Of a stretch of DNA of 62,109 nucleotides, positions 27,873 to 37,569 are shown piece by piece (positions within the stretch are counted from its first letter, which is position 1; every line of letters begins with the position of its first letter). The notes under the pieces were generated by a model. That model was not told where the DNA came from and searched no databases. It saw nothing but the letters and a program-made list of their open reading frames with translations. The stretch spans positions 2,373 to 64,481 of the forward strand of contig DLGO01000030.1 in the NCBI GenBank assembly GCA_002482725.1, in the 5' to 3' direction. The DNA comes from Bacteroidetes bacterium UBA7692 (GTDB lineage: Bacteria > Bacteroidota > Bacteroidia > Chitinophagales > LD1). The translations under genes were made by a program, and so were the position numbers.

Positions 27873-28454
27873 ATGAGAAACCTAACTAAACTTTTCGCCA
27901 TAATAGCCGTAGCGCTTTCACTTTCGTCGTGCAGCTACAACAGCCTGGTAAAAGAAAGAGAGGCAGTAACCGCACAATGGGCCAATGTAGAAACAGCTTA
28001 CCAGCGCCGTGCAGACCTTATACCAAATCTTGTTAATACAGTAAAAGGCGCTGCCAATTTTGAGCAGGAAACGCTTACCAAAGTAATAGAGGCACGTAGC
28101 AAAGCAGGCGAAATAAAACTGAGCGGCGAAGACCTTACAGATGAAAACATTGCGAAATTCCAGCGTGCGCAGGAGGAGTTGAAAAGCTCGTACTCCCGTA
28201 TGTTGAACGTAGTAATGGAGCAATATCCGCAGTTGACTGCCACACAAGGTTTCCGCGACCTGCAGGCACAGCTTGAAGGCACTGAAAACCGCATAAGCGT
28301 AGAGCGCAGAAACTTTAACGAAGCTGCACAAGCGTACAACAGCCACCTGCAGTCTTTCCCTGCATTGATAGATGCCAAGCTGTTCAACTTCCAGCCTAAG
28401 GGATACTTTAAGGCAGATGCAGGTTCAGAGAAAGCACCTACCGTAAAATTCTAG
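27873..28454 (+). CDS. lemA: LemA family protein
   Basis: YNSLV...V..QWANVE..YQRRADLIPNLV.TVKG, EQYPQL.A...F..LQ..LEGTENRI. Likely start ATG 27873 (LSSC lipobox-like). Confidence 0.93.
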   Translation: MRNLTKLFAIIAVALSLSSCSYNSLVKEREAVTAQWANVETAYQRRADLIPNLVNTVKGAANFEQETLTKVIEARSKAGEIKLSGEDLTDENIAKFQRAQEELKSSYSRMLNVVMEQYPQLTATQGFRDLQAQLEGTENRISVERRNFNEAAQAYNSHLQSFPALIDAKLFNFQPKGYFKADAGSEKAPTVKF

Positions 28455-28458
28455 ACTG

Positions 28459-28902
28459 ATGTTCTTCAAAAAAGAATTTTTCTCCGAAGACGAAAAGCAG
28501 CGCATAGTGAAAGCTATAGAGGCTGCCGAGCTGCGCACCAGCGGCGAGGTGAAGCTGCACGTAGAGTCGAAGTGCAAAGCCGGAGTGTTGGACAGGGCCG
28601 CAGAAGTGTTTGCGGAGCTGGACATGCACAAGACGGCCGCGCGTAACGGTGTGCTGATATACGTAGCTATGGAAGACCACAAGTTTGCCATAATAGGGGA
28701 TGCGGGTATCAATGCGGCAGTACCGGCAGATTTTTGGGATAAAACCAAAGACGGCATGCGCGAACTATTCAAAGCGGGAAAAATTCTGGAAGGGGTAGTA
28801 TTTGGTATTTCAGAAGCAGGAGTGCAACTGGAAAAGTATTTCCCCCACGATGGACGAAACGACACAAACGAGCTGAGCAACGACATCAGCTTTGGTAAAT
28901 AG
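28459..28902 (+). CDS. TPM domain-containing protein (short)
   Basis: IV.AIEAAE..TSGE, RNGVLIYVA..DHKFAI.GD.GI, NELS.DIS; lemA-TPM-TPM context. Confidence 0.88.
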   Translation: MFFKKEFFSEDEKQRIVKAIEAAELRTSGEVKLHVESKCKAGVLDRAAEVFAELDMHKTAARNGVLIYVAMEDHKFAIIGDAGINAAVPADFWDKTKDGMRELFKAGKILEGVVFGISEAGVQLEKYFPHDGRNDTNELSNDISFGK

Positions 28903-28904
28903 TA

Positions 28905-29750
28905 GTGTCCAAAGCATTTAATACCATGAAAGCAATACGAGCAACCTTTTTGGCTAAAAGCAATAGTTTCTATACAACAATATGGAAGCTGGGGGTAATG
29001 TTTTGCCTGCTGCTGGGCATAAGTGGAGCTGCCATGGCTGCCGGCGGCGATTTTCCGGAACCGGCTAATCCGCCCCGTTTGGTGAATGACTTTGCAGGGT
29101 TTATGTCTGCGGGAGAAGCAGGAGAACTGGAAGCTAAGCTGGTAGCTTATGACAAGAGAACAAGCACACAGATATCTGTAGTGACCATAGCAGAGCTTGG
29201 GGACTACGAAATGTCGGACTATGCAATAAAGCTGGCCAATAAGTGGAAAATAGGGCGAGACAACAAGGACAACGGCATACTTATTATAGCGAGCAAATCG
29301 CCCCGAAAAGTATTTATAGCAACAGGCTACGGTGTAGAGGATGTATTGCCGGACGCGGTGTGCAGGCAAATAGAAGCCAATAAGATTGTACCCAATTTCA
29401 AAGCAGGCAATTTCTATGAAGGCTTTAACCAAGCTACTGATGAAATGATAGCCCGGCTGGATGGCAAGTTTGTAAATGACGAGCCTGTAAAAGGAAAGCG
29501 CATATCCCCTTTCCTGATCATTATTATCATTATTGTATTGGTTATCGTATTCAGCTCTATGGGCAAAGGTGGCGGTGGTGGCGGAACTTACTCGCGCAGA
29601 GGGTATAGTGGCATGGGTGGCCCATTGCTATGGGGTGCTTTAGGTGGCCTTGGTGGTGGCGGTAGCAGCGGCGGAGGTGGCAGCAGCGGAGGGTTTGGCG
29701 GCTTCGGTGGTGGCAGTTTTGGCGGTGGTGGTGCCGGCAGCGACTGGTAA
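28905..29750 (+). CDS. TPM domain (YgcG-like) protein with Gly-rich tail
   Basis: LVNDFAG, QI.VVTI, W.IG...DNGIL, I.TGYGVE..LPD; TM segment; GFGGFGGGSFGGGGAGSDW end. Confidence 0.9.
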   Translation: MSKAFNTMKAIRATFLAKSNSFYTTIWKLGVMFCLLLGISGAAMAAGGDFPEPANPPRLVNDFAGFMSAGEAGELEAKLVAYDKRTSTQISVVTIAELGDYEMSDYAIKLANKWKIGRDNKDNGILIIASKSPRKVFIATGYGVEDVLPDAVCRQIEANKIVPNFKAGNFYEGFNQATDEMIARLDGKFVNDEPVKGKRISPFLIIIIIIVLVIVFSSMGKGGGGGGTYSRRGYSGMGGPLLWGALGGLGGGGSSGGGGSSGGFGGFGGGSFGGGGAGSDW

Positions 29751-29825
29751 ACAGGTAAATTTTAACGCGTATTTAACGCGCTGAATACTATACCTAATAA
29801 AAAAAATCCTGTACGTTTGAACCCT

Positions 29826-31127
29826 ATGAATACAAGGTACGATGCCATTAACTCAGAACTTTTTGTAAACAACAGGAAGAAATTCTGCAAAGAGCTTAAG
29901 AAGAATTCAATTGCCATATTTGTTTCTAACGGAGCGATGCCCGACAGTGCAGATGCCAACCACAAATGGAGGCAAAACCCGGACCTGTTTTACCTGACAG
30001 GTATAGACCAGGAGGATACTTACCTGGTGCTTTTCCCTGATGCGCCCAATGAAAAAATGCGCGAGCTGCTATTCGTAAGAAGAACAAATGCTGTACTGGA
30101 AACCTGGGAGGGCCGCAAGCTAAGCAAAGAGCAGGCGGTAATCACTTCAGGCATTAAAGAAGTACGCTATAGCGATGATATACTTAGCACCCTGCATGCC
30201 TACATGCACCTGGCTAATCACATATACCTCAACACCAACGAGCACGACCGCAGCTCGTGGAAAGTGGAAACCTATGAAACGCGCTTCGCCCAACAGGTGA
30301 TGGCAGCATTTCCTTTACATAAATTTGAGCGCTCCGCACCTATTATGGCAGAGTTGCGCGCTAAGAAATCTACTGCAGAGGTAGCATTGCTGAACCGCGC
30401 TATAGATATTACTAAAAAAGGATTTTTGCGCACGCTGGGCTTTGTAAAACCGGGAGTTTGGGAATATGAAGTAGAGGCAGAACTAACGCACGAGTATATC
30501 CGCAACCGCGCTACCCGCCATGCTTATGAGCCGATAGTAGCAACCGGTGAAAACGCCTGTATACTGCATTACAACGCAAACAATACCCAATGTAAATCGG
30601 GCGAGCTGTTGCTGATGGATTGTGCTGCAGAGTATGCCAACTATTGCTCCGACCTTACCCGTACAATACCGGTAAGCGGCCGCTTTACCAAGCGCCAGAA
30701 AGACGTGTACAATGCAGTATTGCGGGTGCACAATGCAGCACGCGCCATGATGCAGCCGGGCATTATCCTTACAGAGTTCAATGCAGAGGTAGGCAAGCTG
30801 ATGGAAGCGGAACTGATAGGATTAAAATTGCTGAAGCTTACAGAGGTTAAAAAACAGAATGCGAATGACCCATTGTACAAAAAGTATTTCCCCCACGGTA
30901 CGGCACACTTCCTTGGTTTGAACACCCACGATGTAGGCAGCCGCTATGCTAAAATAGAGGCAGGGGCAGTACTCACCTGTGAGCCGGGTATATACATACG
31001 CGAAGAGAAAATTGGTATACGGTTGGAGAATAATATCCTTGTTACCAAAGACAAGCCTGTAGACCTGATGGCGGGTATACCAATAGAAGCTGAAGCAATA
31101 GAAGAATTAATGAACAGTAAGAAATAA
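29826..31127 (+). CDS. pepP: Xaa-Pro aminopeptidase (M24B)
   Basis: QNPDLFYLTG, ILHY, LLMD.AAEY.NYCSDLTRT, HGTAHFLGL.THD, EPGIY, GIRLEN. Start set at ATG 29826 because a TACGTTTG -7 element lies at 29812-29819. Confidence 0.92.
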   Translation: MNTRYDAINSELFVNNRKKFCKELKKNSIAIFVSNGAMPDSADANHKWRQNPDLFYLTGIDQEDTYLVLFPDAPNEKMRELLFVRRTNAVLETWEGRKLSKEQAVITSGIKEVRYSDDILSTLHAYMHLANHIYLNTNEHDRSSWKVETYETRFAQQVMAAFPLHKFERSAPIMAELRAKKSTAEVALLNRAIDITKKGFLRTLGFVKPGVWEYEVEAELTHEYIRNRATRHAYEPIVATGENACILHYNANNTQCKSGELLLMDCAAEYANYCSDLTRTIPVSGRFTKRQKDVYNAVLRVHNAARAMMQPGIILTEFNAEVGKLMEAELIGLKLLKLTEVKKQNANDPLYKKYFPHGTAHFLGLNTHDVGSRYAKIEAGAVLTCEPGIYIREEKIGIRLENNILVTKDKPVDLMAGIPIEAEAIEELMNSKK

Positions 31128-31134
31128 GAATCGC

Positions 31135-32493
31135 CTAGTCTGCCTTTTCGGGCTCTCTGTATTGCGAGAACGAAAAGGCAGCAATAAGGCATAGCACAAA
31201 ACCAACAACCCCACTCAGCCTTAGCCCATAATCATCGCCCGGGTCTTTGCCATACATGGTAAGTACAGCAAAAAGCATGATGCCCATCGTCTGCCCCAAC
31301 TTTTGAAAAAGGGCGCGCATACCAAAGTAGAGCCCTTCTTTATTCTGTCCTGTGACCATAGCATCTTCTGCTGCTATCTCGGCTACTACCAGATTGGGTA
31401 GTATGATAAGAATGGAGTTGAACACACCACAAGAAACCATTAGTACGATGGCCTGTATAATAGGAGAAACCGGATAACGGCCCAGATTATATACACCGGC
31501 AAAAACTAGGCTTAATCCAAGGAATGCACCGACCATCAGCTTCTTTTTGCCAAACCGTTTTTCTAATCGGCCAACGAAAAAATACATAACCAGCGTAGTA
31601 GCTACCATGCAAGCCATAAGCGGCGTTCCGTAAGCCTCGGGCTGATTCAACATAACCCTTAAATAATAAAGCAAACCAGTAGTAACGATGGCCACGGAAA
31701 AGAAGAATGCAGCATCACTGATAGCAAATGCGACAAAATTCCTGTTGGCGAAAGCTATCTTAAGCGATGGCAGCAAAGGGTCATTGGCGGCACCGGGCTT
31801 GGTATACCGCTTTTCATCTATGGCCAGTACCGGCACCAACATACATAGGCCTCCTATTACATTTACCAGCACTATAGCATATTGCATAGCAGTAAACCTG
31901 TCAACGATATGAAATACCTCTTGAAAAGAATCACCAATGGCAGGTGCTATGGTAGAGAACACAACGCCTACTATGAATCCAATAGCCTGAACAGTAGATA
32001 TCTGCATCTTTCCATTGGGATAGTGCCCAAGTTCTGCCAGCAAGGCATTATTAGGTATTACATATAGGCTAAAGAAGAAATAATAACCTGCTTCAATTAC
32101 TGCCAACCATACCAAATTCCATCCATTACAGCTCCTGAAAGGTGGAAAGAATAACAGTATGCTGAACACTGTCATAGGTATTACGGCTTTCATCATCAGC
32201 GGTATGCGCCTTCCTTTCGGGTGTGTGCTACGGTCGCTGTAGTTGGCTATCACAGGGTCTACTACTGCATCAAACAGCCTTCCGCCTGCCATGATAAAGG
32301 CGATGATATTGATAACACCAAATACTGTTATTTGCGGCACCAGGTTCTGCATACCCGAGTTTCCCGGAGGCAGGTACAGGTATAGTAGCAGGGCTGATAT
32401 TATATTGATAGAAAGGCTCCAACCAAAGTTACCTACCCCGTAGGCAAACAACTTTGCCATGGGGATTCTTTCTGGTTGGCTTTTTATATTCAT
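31135..32493 (-). CDS. MFS transporter, glycoside-pentoside-hexuronide (MelB-like) family
   Basis: About 12 TM segments; YGVGNFG, FDAVVDP.IA..SDR....GRR.P, EG.YFG...LFQK. Confidence 0.85.
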   Translation of the reverse strand: MNIKSQPERIPMAKLFAYGVGNFGWSLSINIISALLLYLYLPPGNSGMQNLVPQITVFGVINIIAFIMAGGRLFDAVVDPVIANYSDRSTHPKGRRIPLMMKAVIPMTVFSILLFFPPFRSCNGWNLVWLAVIEAGYYFFFSLYVIPNNALLAELGHYPNGKMQISTVQAIGFIVGVVFSTIAPAIGDSFQEVFHIVDRFTAMQYAIVLVNVIGGLCMLVPVLAIDEKRYTKPGAANDPLLPSLKIAFANRNFVAFAISDAAFFFSVAIVTTGLLYYLRVMLNQPEAYGTPLMACMVATTLVMYFFVGRLEKRFGKKKLMVGAFLGLSLVFAGVYNLGRYPVSPIIQAIVLMVSCGVFNSILIILPNLVVAEIAAEDAMVTGQNKEGLYFGMRALFQKLGQTMGIMLFAVLTMYGKDPGDDYGLRLSGVVGFVLCLIAAFSFSQYREPEKAD

Positions 32494-32494
32494 C

Positions 32495-32878
32495 TTAGTT
32501 TAGTTCCGGCTTACTGTTTGGTGCGCTTTTGGGTCGGTCAAATGGAACAAATACAAATCCGCTACCTGCCTCATCTGCTATGAAAATACACATAAACTGC
32601 ATGGGATTTTTATATGTGGCTTTAAAAGCTTCTACCTTTTCTTCCAGTATCACATTTTTGTTCACAAAATCTTCCAGGTGCGAAGCACTATAAGACCATG
32701 CCAAGTCCATGTCTACTCTATTTATAATAGGCAGCCCTAAATCCAATTCCTCTAAATGGGCAATGAAAATGGGGTATTTTGTCACACCACCTTTTACCAT
32801 GGCATGAGCTACCTGTTGCAGGTAGTCCTTGCATGTATCCAAATCCTCATGGAGCGCCTTCAAAACTTCATCATCCAT
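32495..32878 (-). CDS. Conserved Bacteroidota hypothetical protein
   Basis: 127-aa ORF with YPIF, W.Y.ASHLE.FV and F..TYK.P..F.C.F...FVFVP pattern; 1 nt from the MFS gene start. Confidence 0.7.
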   Translation of the reverse strand: MDDEVLKALHEDLDTCKDYLQQVAHAMVKGGVTKYPIFIAHLEELDLGLPIINRVDMDLAWSYSASHLEDFVNKNVILEEKVEAFKATYKNPMQFMCIFIADEAGSGFVFVPFDRPKSAPNSKPELN

Positions 32879-33084
32879 TCTTGCTGTTTTACAGGGTAAT
32901 TATAGGATTCTTTTTTTAGAAGGTAGTAGCTATGGCATTAAAAAAAGCACTTTATAATAAAACAGTCAGCCCAGAATACAACTCTTCAGCATTTGAATGT
33001 GATTCCTTATTTTAAAGATAATTGAGCTAAGGATTATACAACATGTTACATATCATAACGTGCTGTATTTTAGCATCATAATAT

Positions 33085-33092
33085 TACCTTTG
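33085..33092 (+). promoter_or_regulatory. Bacteroidota -7 promoter element (TACCTTTG) for the dioxygenase cluster
   Basis: TAnnTTTG match about 55-60 nt upstream of the first PhyH gene. Confidence 0.5.
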
Positions 33093-33145
33093 TAAAGACC
33101 ATAAACTCTTGTAAAAACAGGCTTTTATAGTCCTTAGTATTAAAC

Positions 33146-33970
33146 TTGCTTTCTATGTTAAAACAAGAAGAAATTAACGCTTCACTGATAAAAAACGGAT
33201 TTGTGGTTCTGGATGCAAATCTCGAGCAAGAAATCGTTGCGCTGAATGATTATATACTGGAGAATTATGATTTACCTGAATCAGGATTTTATTATAGCCT
33301 GCTTAACAACAACTTTGAGACGAACAAAGCCCTAAGCGCCTTTATCAGTAAAACATTAAGTGGATTCTATGAACGCACTTTTAATGATTACAGAATAATC
33401 TCTGAATCATTTCTATCTAAGATAGCAAACAACAAAGAAGAGTTTTATCTGCATCAGGATTGGAATTATACGGATGAGCAAAGCTATAACGCCTATAATA
33501 TATGGATACCGCTTTGTGATGTAACAGAAGAAAATGGCACTATGTTTTTCATACCAGGTAGCCATCTATGGTTTCAAAATTACAGATCAGGTTCATTGCC
33601 ATCTTCACGTCTAAGCTACAAGCACTTTCCTAATGAAATGATTCAAAAGGTAGAAGTAAAAAAGGGGCAAGTCCTCTTATTCCATCCTGCAGTGTTCCAT
33701 GGTTCTTTTCCAAACAATACCAATAGCAACAGAATTATTGTTACTGCAACAGTATTGCCAAGTCAAGCGCCTTTTTTATATTATGATATCAGCAAAACTC
33801 AGGCTGATGCGATTAACATCCATCACTTAAATGATGATATATTCCTGGAGAACCTACATGCCATGGCATACGGAAATACGCCCGGGGTTCCATCTCAAGG
33901 CAGCCTGCCGTATCAACATAAGCATATAGAAGCAGAAGAAATATTAAGTCATTATGCACCTGAAAATTAA
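33146..33970 (+). CDS. PhyH-family 2OG-Fe(II) dioxygenase
   Basis: NGFVV; HQDW; NIWIPLCDV.EENG.M.FIPGSH; G.VLLFH..VFHGS..N....R. Confidence 0.9.
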   Translation: MLSMLKQEEINASLIKNGFVVLDANLEQEIVALNDYILENYDLPESGFYYSLLNNNFETNKALSAFISKTLSGFYERTFNDYRIISESFLSKIANNKEEFYLHQDWNYTDEQSYNAYNIWIPLCDVTEENGTMFFIPGSHLWFQNYRSGSLPSSRLSYKHFPNEMIQKVEVKKGQVLLFHPAVFHGSFPNNTNSNRIIVTATVLPSQAPFLYYDISKTQADAINIHHLNDDIFLENLHAMAYGNTPGVPSQGSLPYQHKHIEAEEILSHYAPEN

Positions 33971-34036
33971 CAATCACCCAAGTAGCTACGTTTTATTTCA
34001 ATAACTTTGAGGAACGGGAATAATAAACAGATAAAC

Positions 34037-34915
34037 ATGGCCAACAAGAAGCCTTTTTTTAAAAATGCCGCATTGGAACGGGAATTTGAGCAAAATGGTT
34101 TTGTGAAAATTCCACTGCTGGATGAAGATACTGCTGATAATCTTTATACATTTTTTGAGCAAAAAAAAGAGCAGCATCCGTCCAATGGTGTTTTGCATCA
34201 TACAACTACCGATACTGCTAATACAGATTTGATTCTGGAAGTAGATAAAAAGATAAAAGATGCTTTTATACCTGCCTTAAACAACTTCCTTAATGAGTAC
34301 AAACCCCTTGCCAGTTGTTTTCATGTAAAAGAAATTGGCAAAGGATCTGCTACGGGCATACATCAAGACCCTACATTTGTAGATGAGAGCAACTATACCA
34401 GCGCTAACGTATGGGTAGCATTGCATGATATGGATGCCACAAATGGCAATATGTTTTTTGTAAAAGGTTCTAACCGCGCTGTAAATTCATTAAGGCCGGT
34501 ACCTTCATATCCTTGCTATTATCAGGCCTTTTACCCGCAAATACGCGAACGCCTTTTTCAGGTGCCCATGAAAAAAGGAGAAGCAGTATTTTTTCATAAT
34601 GCAACGATACATGGGGCCACGGATAACTCTTCCGGAAAACCAAGAATAGCTGCAACATTGCTGGTATGCTCTGAACAGGCCCAATGGCAATTATTTTATA
34701 ATAATGAAGGAAATGGAAAGAGCATATTGGATCAGTATAATATAGACCTGAACACCTTTATAAACATGCCCAAGGATGGCAGACCATCTAAAGATGTTCT
34801 GGTTGATTCTATCCCCTATTCATTCCCTGAAATAAGTTTTGAAGAATTCACCAGCAAAACTGCAGCACCTAAAAGTAGTGGTATATTAGAACGCATTACT
34901 TCATTATTTAAATAA
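34037..34915 (+). CDS. PhyH-family 2OG-Fe(II) dioxygenase
   Basis: QNGFVKI; HQDP; VWVALHD...NG.M.FVKGS; GEAVFFH.ATIHG...N...R. ATG 34037 preferred as start. Confidence 0.9.
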   Translation: MANKKPFFKNAALEREFEQNGFVKIPLLDEDTADNLYTFFEQKKEQHPSNGVLHHTTTDTANTDLILEVDKKIKDAFIPALNNFLNEYKPLASCFHVKEIGKGSATGIHQDPTFVDESNYTSANVWVALHDMDATNGNMFFVKGSNRAVNSLRPVPSYPCYYQAFYPQIRERLFQVPMKKGEAVFFHNATIHGATDNSSGKPRIAATLLVCSEQAQWQLFYNNEGNGKSILDQYNIDLNTFINMPKDGRPSKDVLVDSIPYSFPEISFEEFTSKTAAPKSSGILERITSLFK

Positions 34916-35799
34916 TGATAATGGAAACGAAATTTTTCCAGTCAGATGATTTGCAGCAGCAGTTTTCCGAAGATGGATTTGTAAAGATTAATTTGCTGGG
35001 ACCTGAAGAAGTAGAAAAGTTGATTCAGGCTTATGAGCCATTCCGTCCTGCGCATGAGAGAATCGGCATCCCGTATATTACCACTAACCACTCGAGCAAT
35101 GAAGAATTGATACGACAGGTAGATAGTGCAATACATAATATACTTGCCCCAGCTATTGATAAATACCTGACTAATTATAAGCTATTGCTTGGCAACTACC
35201 TGATTAAAATGCCGGTGGCCCATTCGGAAACAGCACCACATCAGGATATCACATTTGTAAATGAAGAGGATTTTGTTTCAGTTAATATATGGGTAGCACT
35301 GCAGGATACAGATGAAAGCAATGGTTGTATGTATTTTCTTAAGGGGAGCCATAAATTCTCACCCAATATAAGGCCAACTCATTCATACAAATGGGCGTAC
35401 GAGGATGTGAAGGAGCAAATACCGGGACTATCGGTAAGTTGCCCTGCACAGGCAGGCCAAGCCTTTATTTTCCATCACTCCGCTATACACGGATCTTATG
35501 CAAATAATTCCGGCATACCGCGCTTGGCAGCAGTAATGGCGGCATACAGTGCAGACGCTGATTTACTCCACTATTTCCTCCCAAATATCGAATCGAAAAT
35601 GGTAATGCAATATAGCATGACCAAAGAAGCCTTCGTAACTTTTAAGAAGGAGTTGCCGCCACCGAAAGGAGTCTTTATGAAAGAAGTAGAATTCGTCAAT
35701 CCGCAATTATCTATCACAGAATTTATGTCACTTGTAAAGCCGCATACTCCAAAAGAAAAATGGAGCATATTCAGTGCAATCCGGAAAATATTCCAATAA
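34915..35799 (+). CDS. PhyH-family 2OG-Fe(II) dioxygenase
   Basis: DGFVKI; HQDI; IWVALQD...NGCM.FLKGSH; HHSAIHGS..N...R. Translationally coupled (TAATG). Confidence 0.9.
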   Translation: MIMETKFFQSDDLQQQFSEDGFVKINLLGPEEVEKLIQAYEPFRPAHERIGIPYITTNHSSNEELIRQVDSAIHNILAPAIDKYLTNYKLLLGNYLIKMPVAHSETAPHQDITFVNEEDFVSVNIWVALQDTDESNGCMYFLKGSHKFSPNIRPTHSYKWAYEDVKEQIPGLSVSCPAQAGQAFIFHHSAIHGSYANNSGIPRLAAVMAAYSADADLLHYFLPNIESKMVMQYSMTKEAFVTFKKELPPPKGVFMKEVEFVNPQLSITEFMSLVKPHTPKEKWSIFSAIRKIFQ

Positions 35800-35841
35800 A
35801 ACCTGAGTGAGCCCAATACTATAATACAGCACAATAATGCT

Positions 35842-37569
35842 ATGAATCTAATCCAACAATTTAAGGAGCAAGTAAATAGTAGCGCAAATAAGGCACTTAT
35901 TACTTATCCGTTACTTGCTACTACATTTTGTGTTCTTTTTACTTATTTCTTCTGGGGCTTCTATTACTCTGAATATGAGGGGCTAACTACGGGATTACTG
36001 AGCAGTAGCCTTACTCCTGGTAGCCACTTCAGGTCATTGTATTTCTCCGGCAATTATTTTATCTCCTGGTTCTATTCACTGTTCTACCAATATTCCCCCA
36101 ATGTACAATGGAATACCTGGTTTGAATATTTATGGTTATTCATAGCTAGTGCAATTGCTATGTCAGCATTTTCATTTCTGCTTCCTGCACGAATATCAAA
36201 GCCTGTTAAGATAGCAGGCATGATTTTTATCTTCATGCTTGTATTTGCAGATCATCATATTCACCTGATATATACCAGGGTATCTTATATGCTCTGCGGG
36301 TGCGCGCTGATAGGTTTGATGGTCTTTCATAGTCAATCCGGCTCTATCCGAAAAAACAAACCGGGATTTCTATTGCTTAATTTACTTTTTATTATCGGCA
36401 CATTTATCCGAAACGAAGCCGCGATTGCTTGTATCCTGTTACTCATACCATTTTCGTTATTTTACCTTTTGAATTTAAAGCGGGCATTTCTGCTACTTAT
36501 TTTCCCATTAATAATCGTAGGAGGACAATCACTTTTTTTTGCATTGGATATAAAATATGCCTCAGATAATGAATTCTATAAACAGGTAGAACCCGATATA
36601 GAAGAACAGTTCATCGCCAGGGGCAATATGATACCCTTGTCGCAGATGAAAACCTCACGCGATTCTGCTATACACAGAATGGGTAGGGAAATGACTTTTT
36701 CGGACCCTAAAATAATGACAGCCGCAAAATTGCGAACCCTGATATTGCCCGAAGCACCATTCCTGACGGATATGCGCCAATGGAATAGAGCATATAATGA
36801 ACTAAAAGAGATTTTTACGCAATACTGGTACCTGGTACTTATTGCATTGTTGCTCTCTGCTGCACTATATGTGCAGACTGACTTTTCTTTGAGCAAATAT
36901 ATACTACCATTATGGCTCCTTTTTGAACTTTCGTTTTGGGGATTGACCATAATACAAACTTATGTAGATAAGGTCAATGAAAGATCCTGGCTTCCTTATA
37001 TAGGCTTGTTCATACTCCTGCATATATTACTTATTGTCCGAAATTGGCGCAAAGACTTTGCGCTAAAGCTTTATCCCATGGTAGTTATTATTCCATCATT
37101 ACTATGTATCCATCTGTATTATCTTACAAAGGAATCCAGAAACCTAGCCACAAACGTTGAGCGTCACAGGAAAGAATTTGCAAAAATAGAAGCACTGGCT
37201 GGCGGGAAAATCCTTGTTGTCAATTCATCTGCGATTAATAACATTTTACTGCATAAAACTCCCTTTGAGCCTTTTGATTTTAAAGCATTTAAGAAAGTAT
37301 ATATCACAGATAGCTATATCATTCCTTTCCTGCCTTACTACAAGCAATATATGGAACGGGAATGTAACTGTAGCGTCTATGAATATCCTGCCATTTGGAA
37401 TTTCATAAAAATGCAGGAAGAAGACGTAATAATAGTATCTAAGACTAAAAGGCTAAACGTTATAAAGGAGTATTTAAAAGTAATTCACCAATTTGAACTG
37501 CCCTTGGAAAGTATATCTAATAATGATGAGCGCGCTGATTGGAATGCATGGAAAATATCCAATCAGTAA
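35842..37569 (+). CDS. Polytopic membrane protein (possible GT-C-like glycan transferase/polymerase)
   Basis: About 11-13 hydrophobic segments, conserved-looking IRNEA, large extracytoplasmic loop and soluble C-terminal domain. Confidence 0.5.
   Translation: MNLIQQFKEQVNSSANKALITYPLLATTFCVLFTYFFWGFYYSEYEGLTTGLLSSSLTPGSHFRSLYFSGNYFISWFYSLFYQYSPNVQWNTWFEYLWLFIASAIAMSAFSFLLPARISKPVKIAGMIFIFMLVFADHHIHLIYTRVSYMLCGCALIGLMVFHSQSGSIRKNKPGFLLLNLLFIIGTFIRNEAAIACILLLIPFSLFYLLNLKRAFLLLIFPLIIVGGQSLFFALDIKYASDNEFYKQVEPDIEEQFIARGNMIPLSQMKTSRDSAIHRMGREMTFSDPKIMTAAKLRTLILPEAPFLTDMRQWNRAYNELKEIFTQYWYLVLIALLLSAALYVQTDFSLSKYILPLWLLFELSFWGLTIIQTYVDKVNERSWLPYIGLFILLHILLIVRNWRKDFALKLYPMVVIIPSLLCIHLYYLTKESRNLATNVERHRKEFAKIEALAGGKILVVNSSAINNILLHKTPFEPFDFKAFKKVYITDSYIIPFLPYYKQYMERECNCSVYEYPAIWNFIKMQEEDVIIVSKTKRLNVIKEYLKVIHQFELPLESISNNDERADWNAWKISNQ

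Noticed and set aside
29566-29750. GGT/GGC-rich low-complexity tract
   Set aside because: Normal Gly-rich C-terminus of TPM/YgcG proteins.
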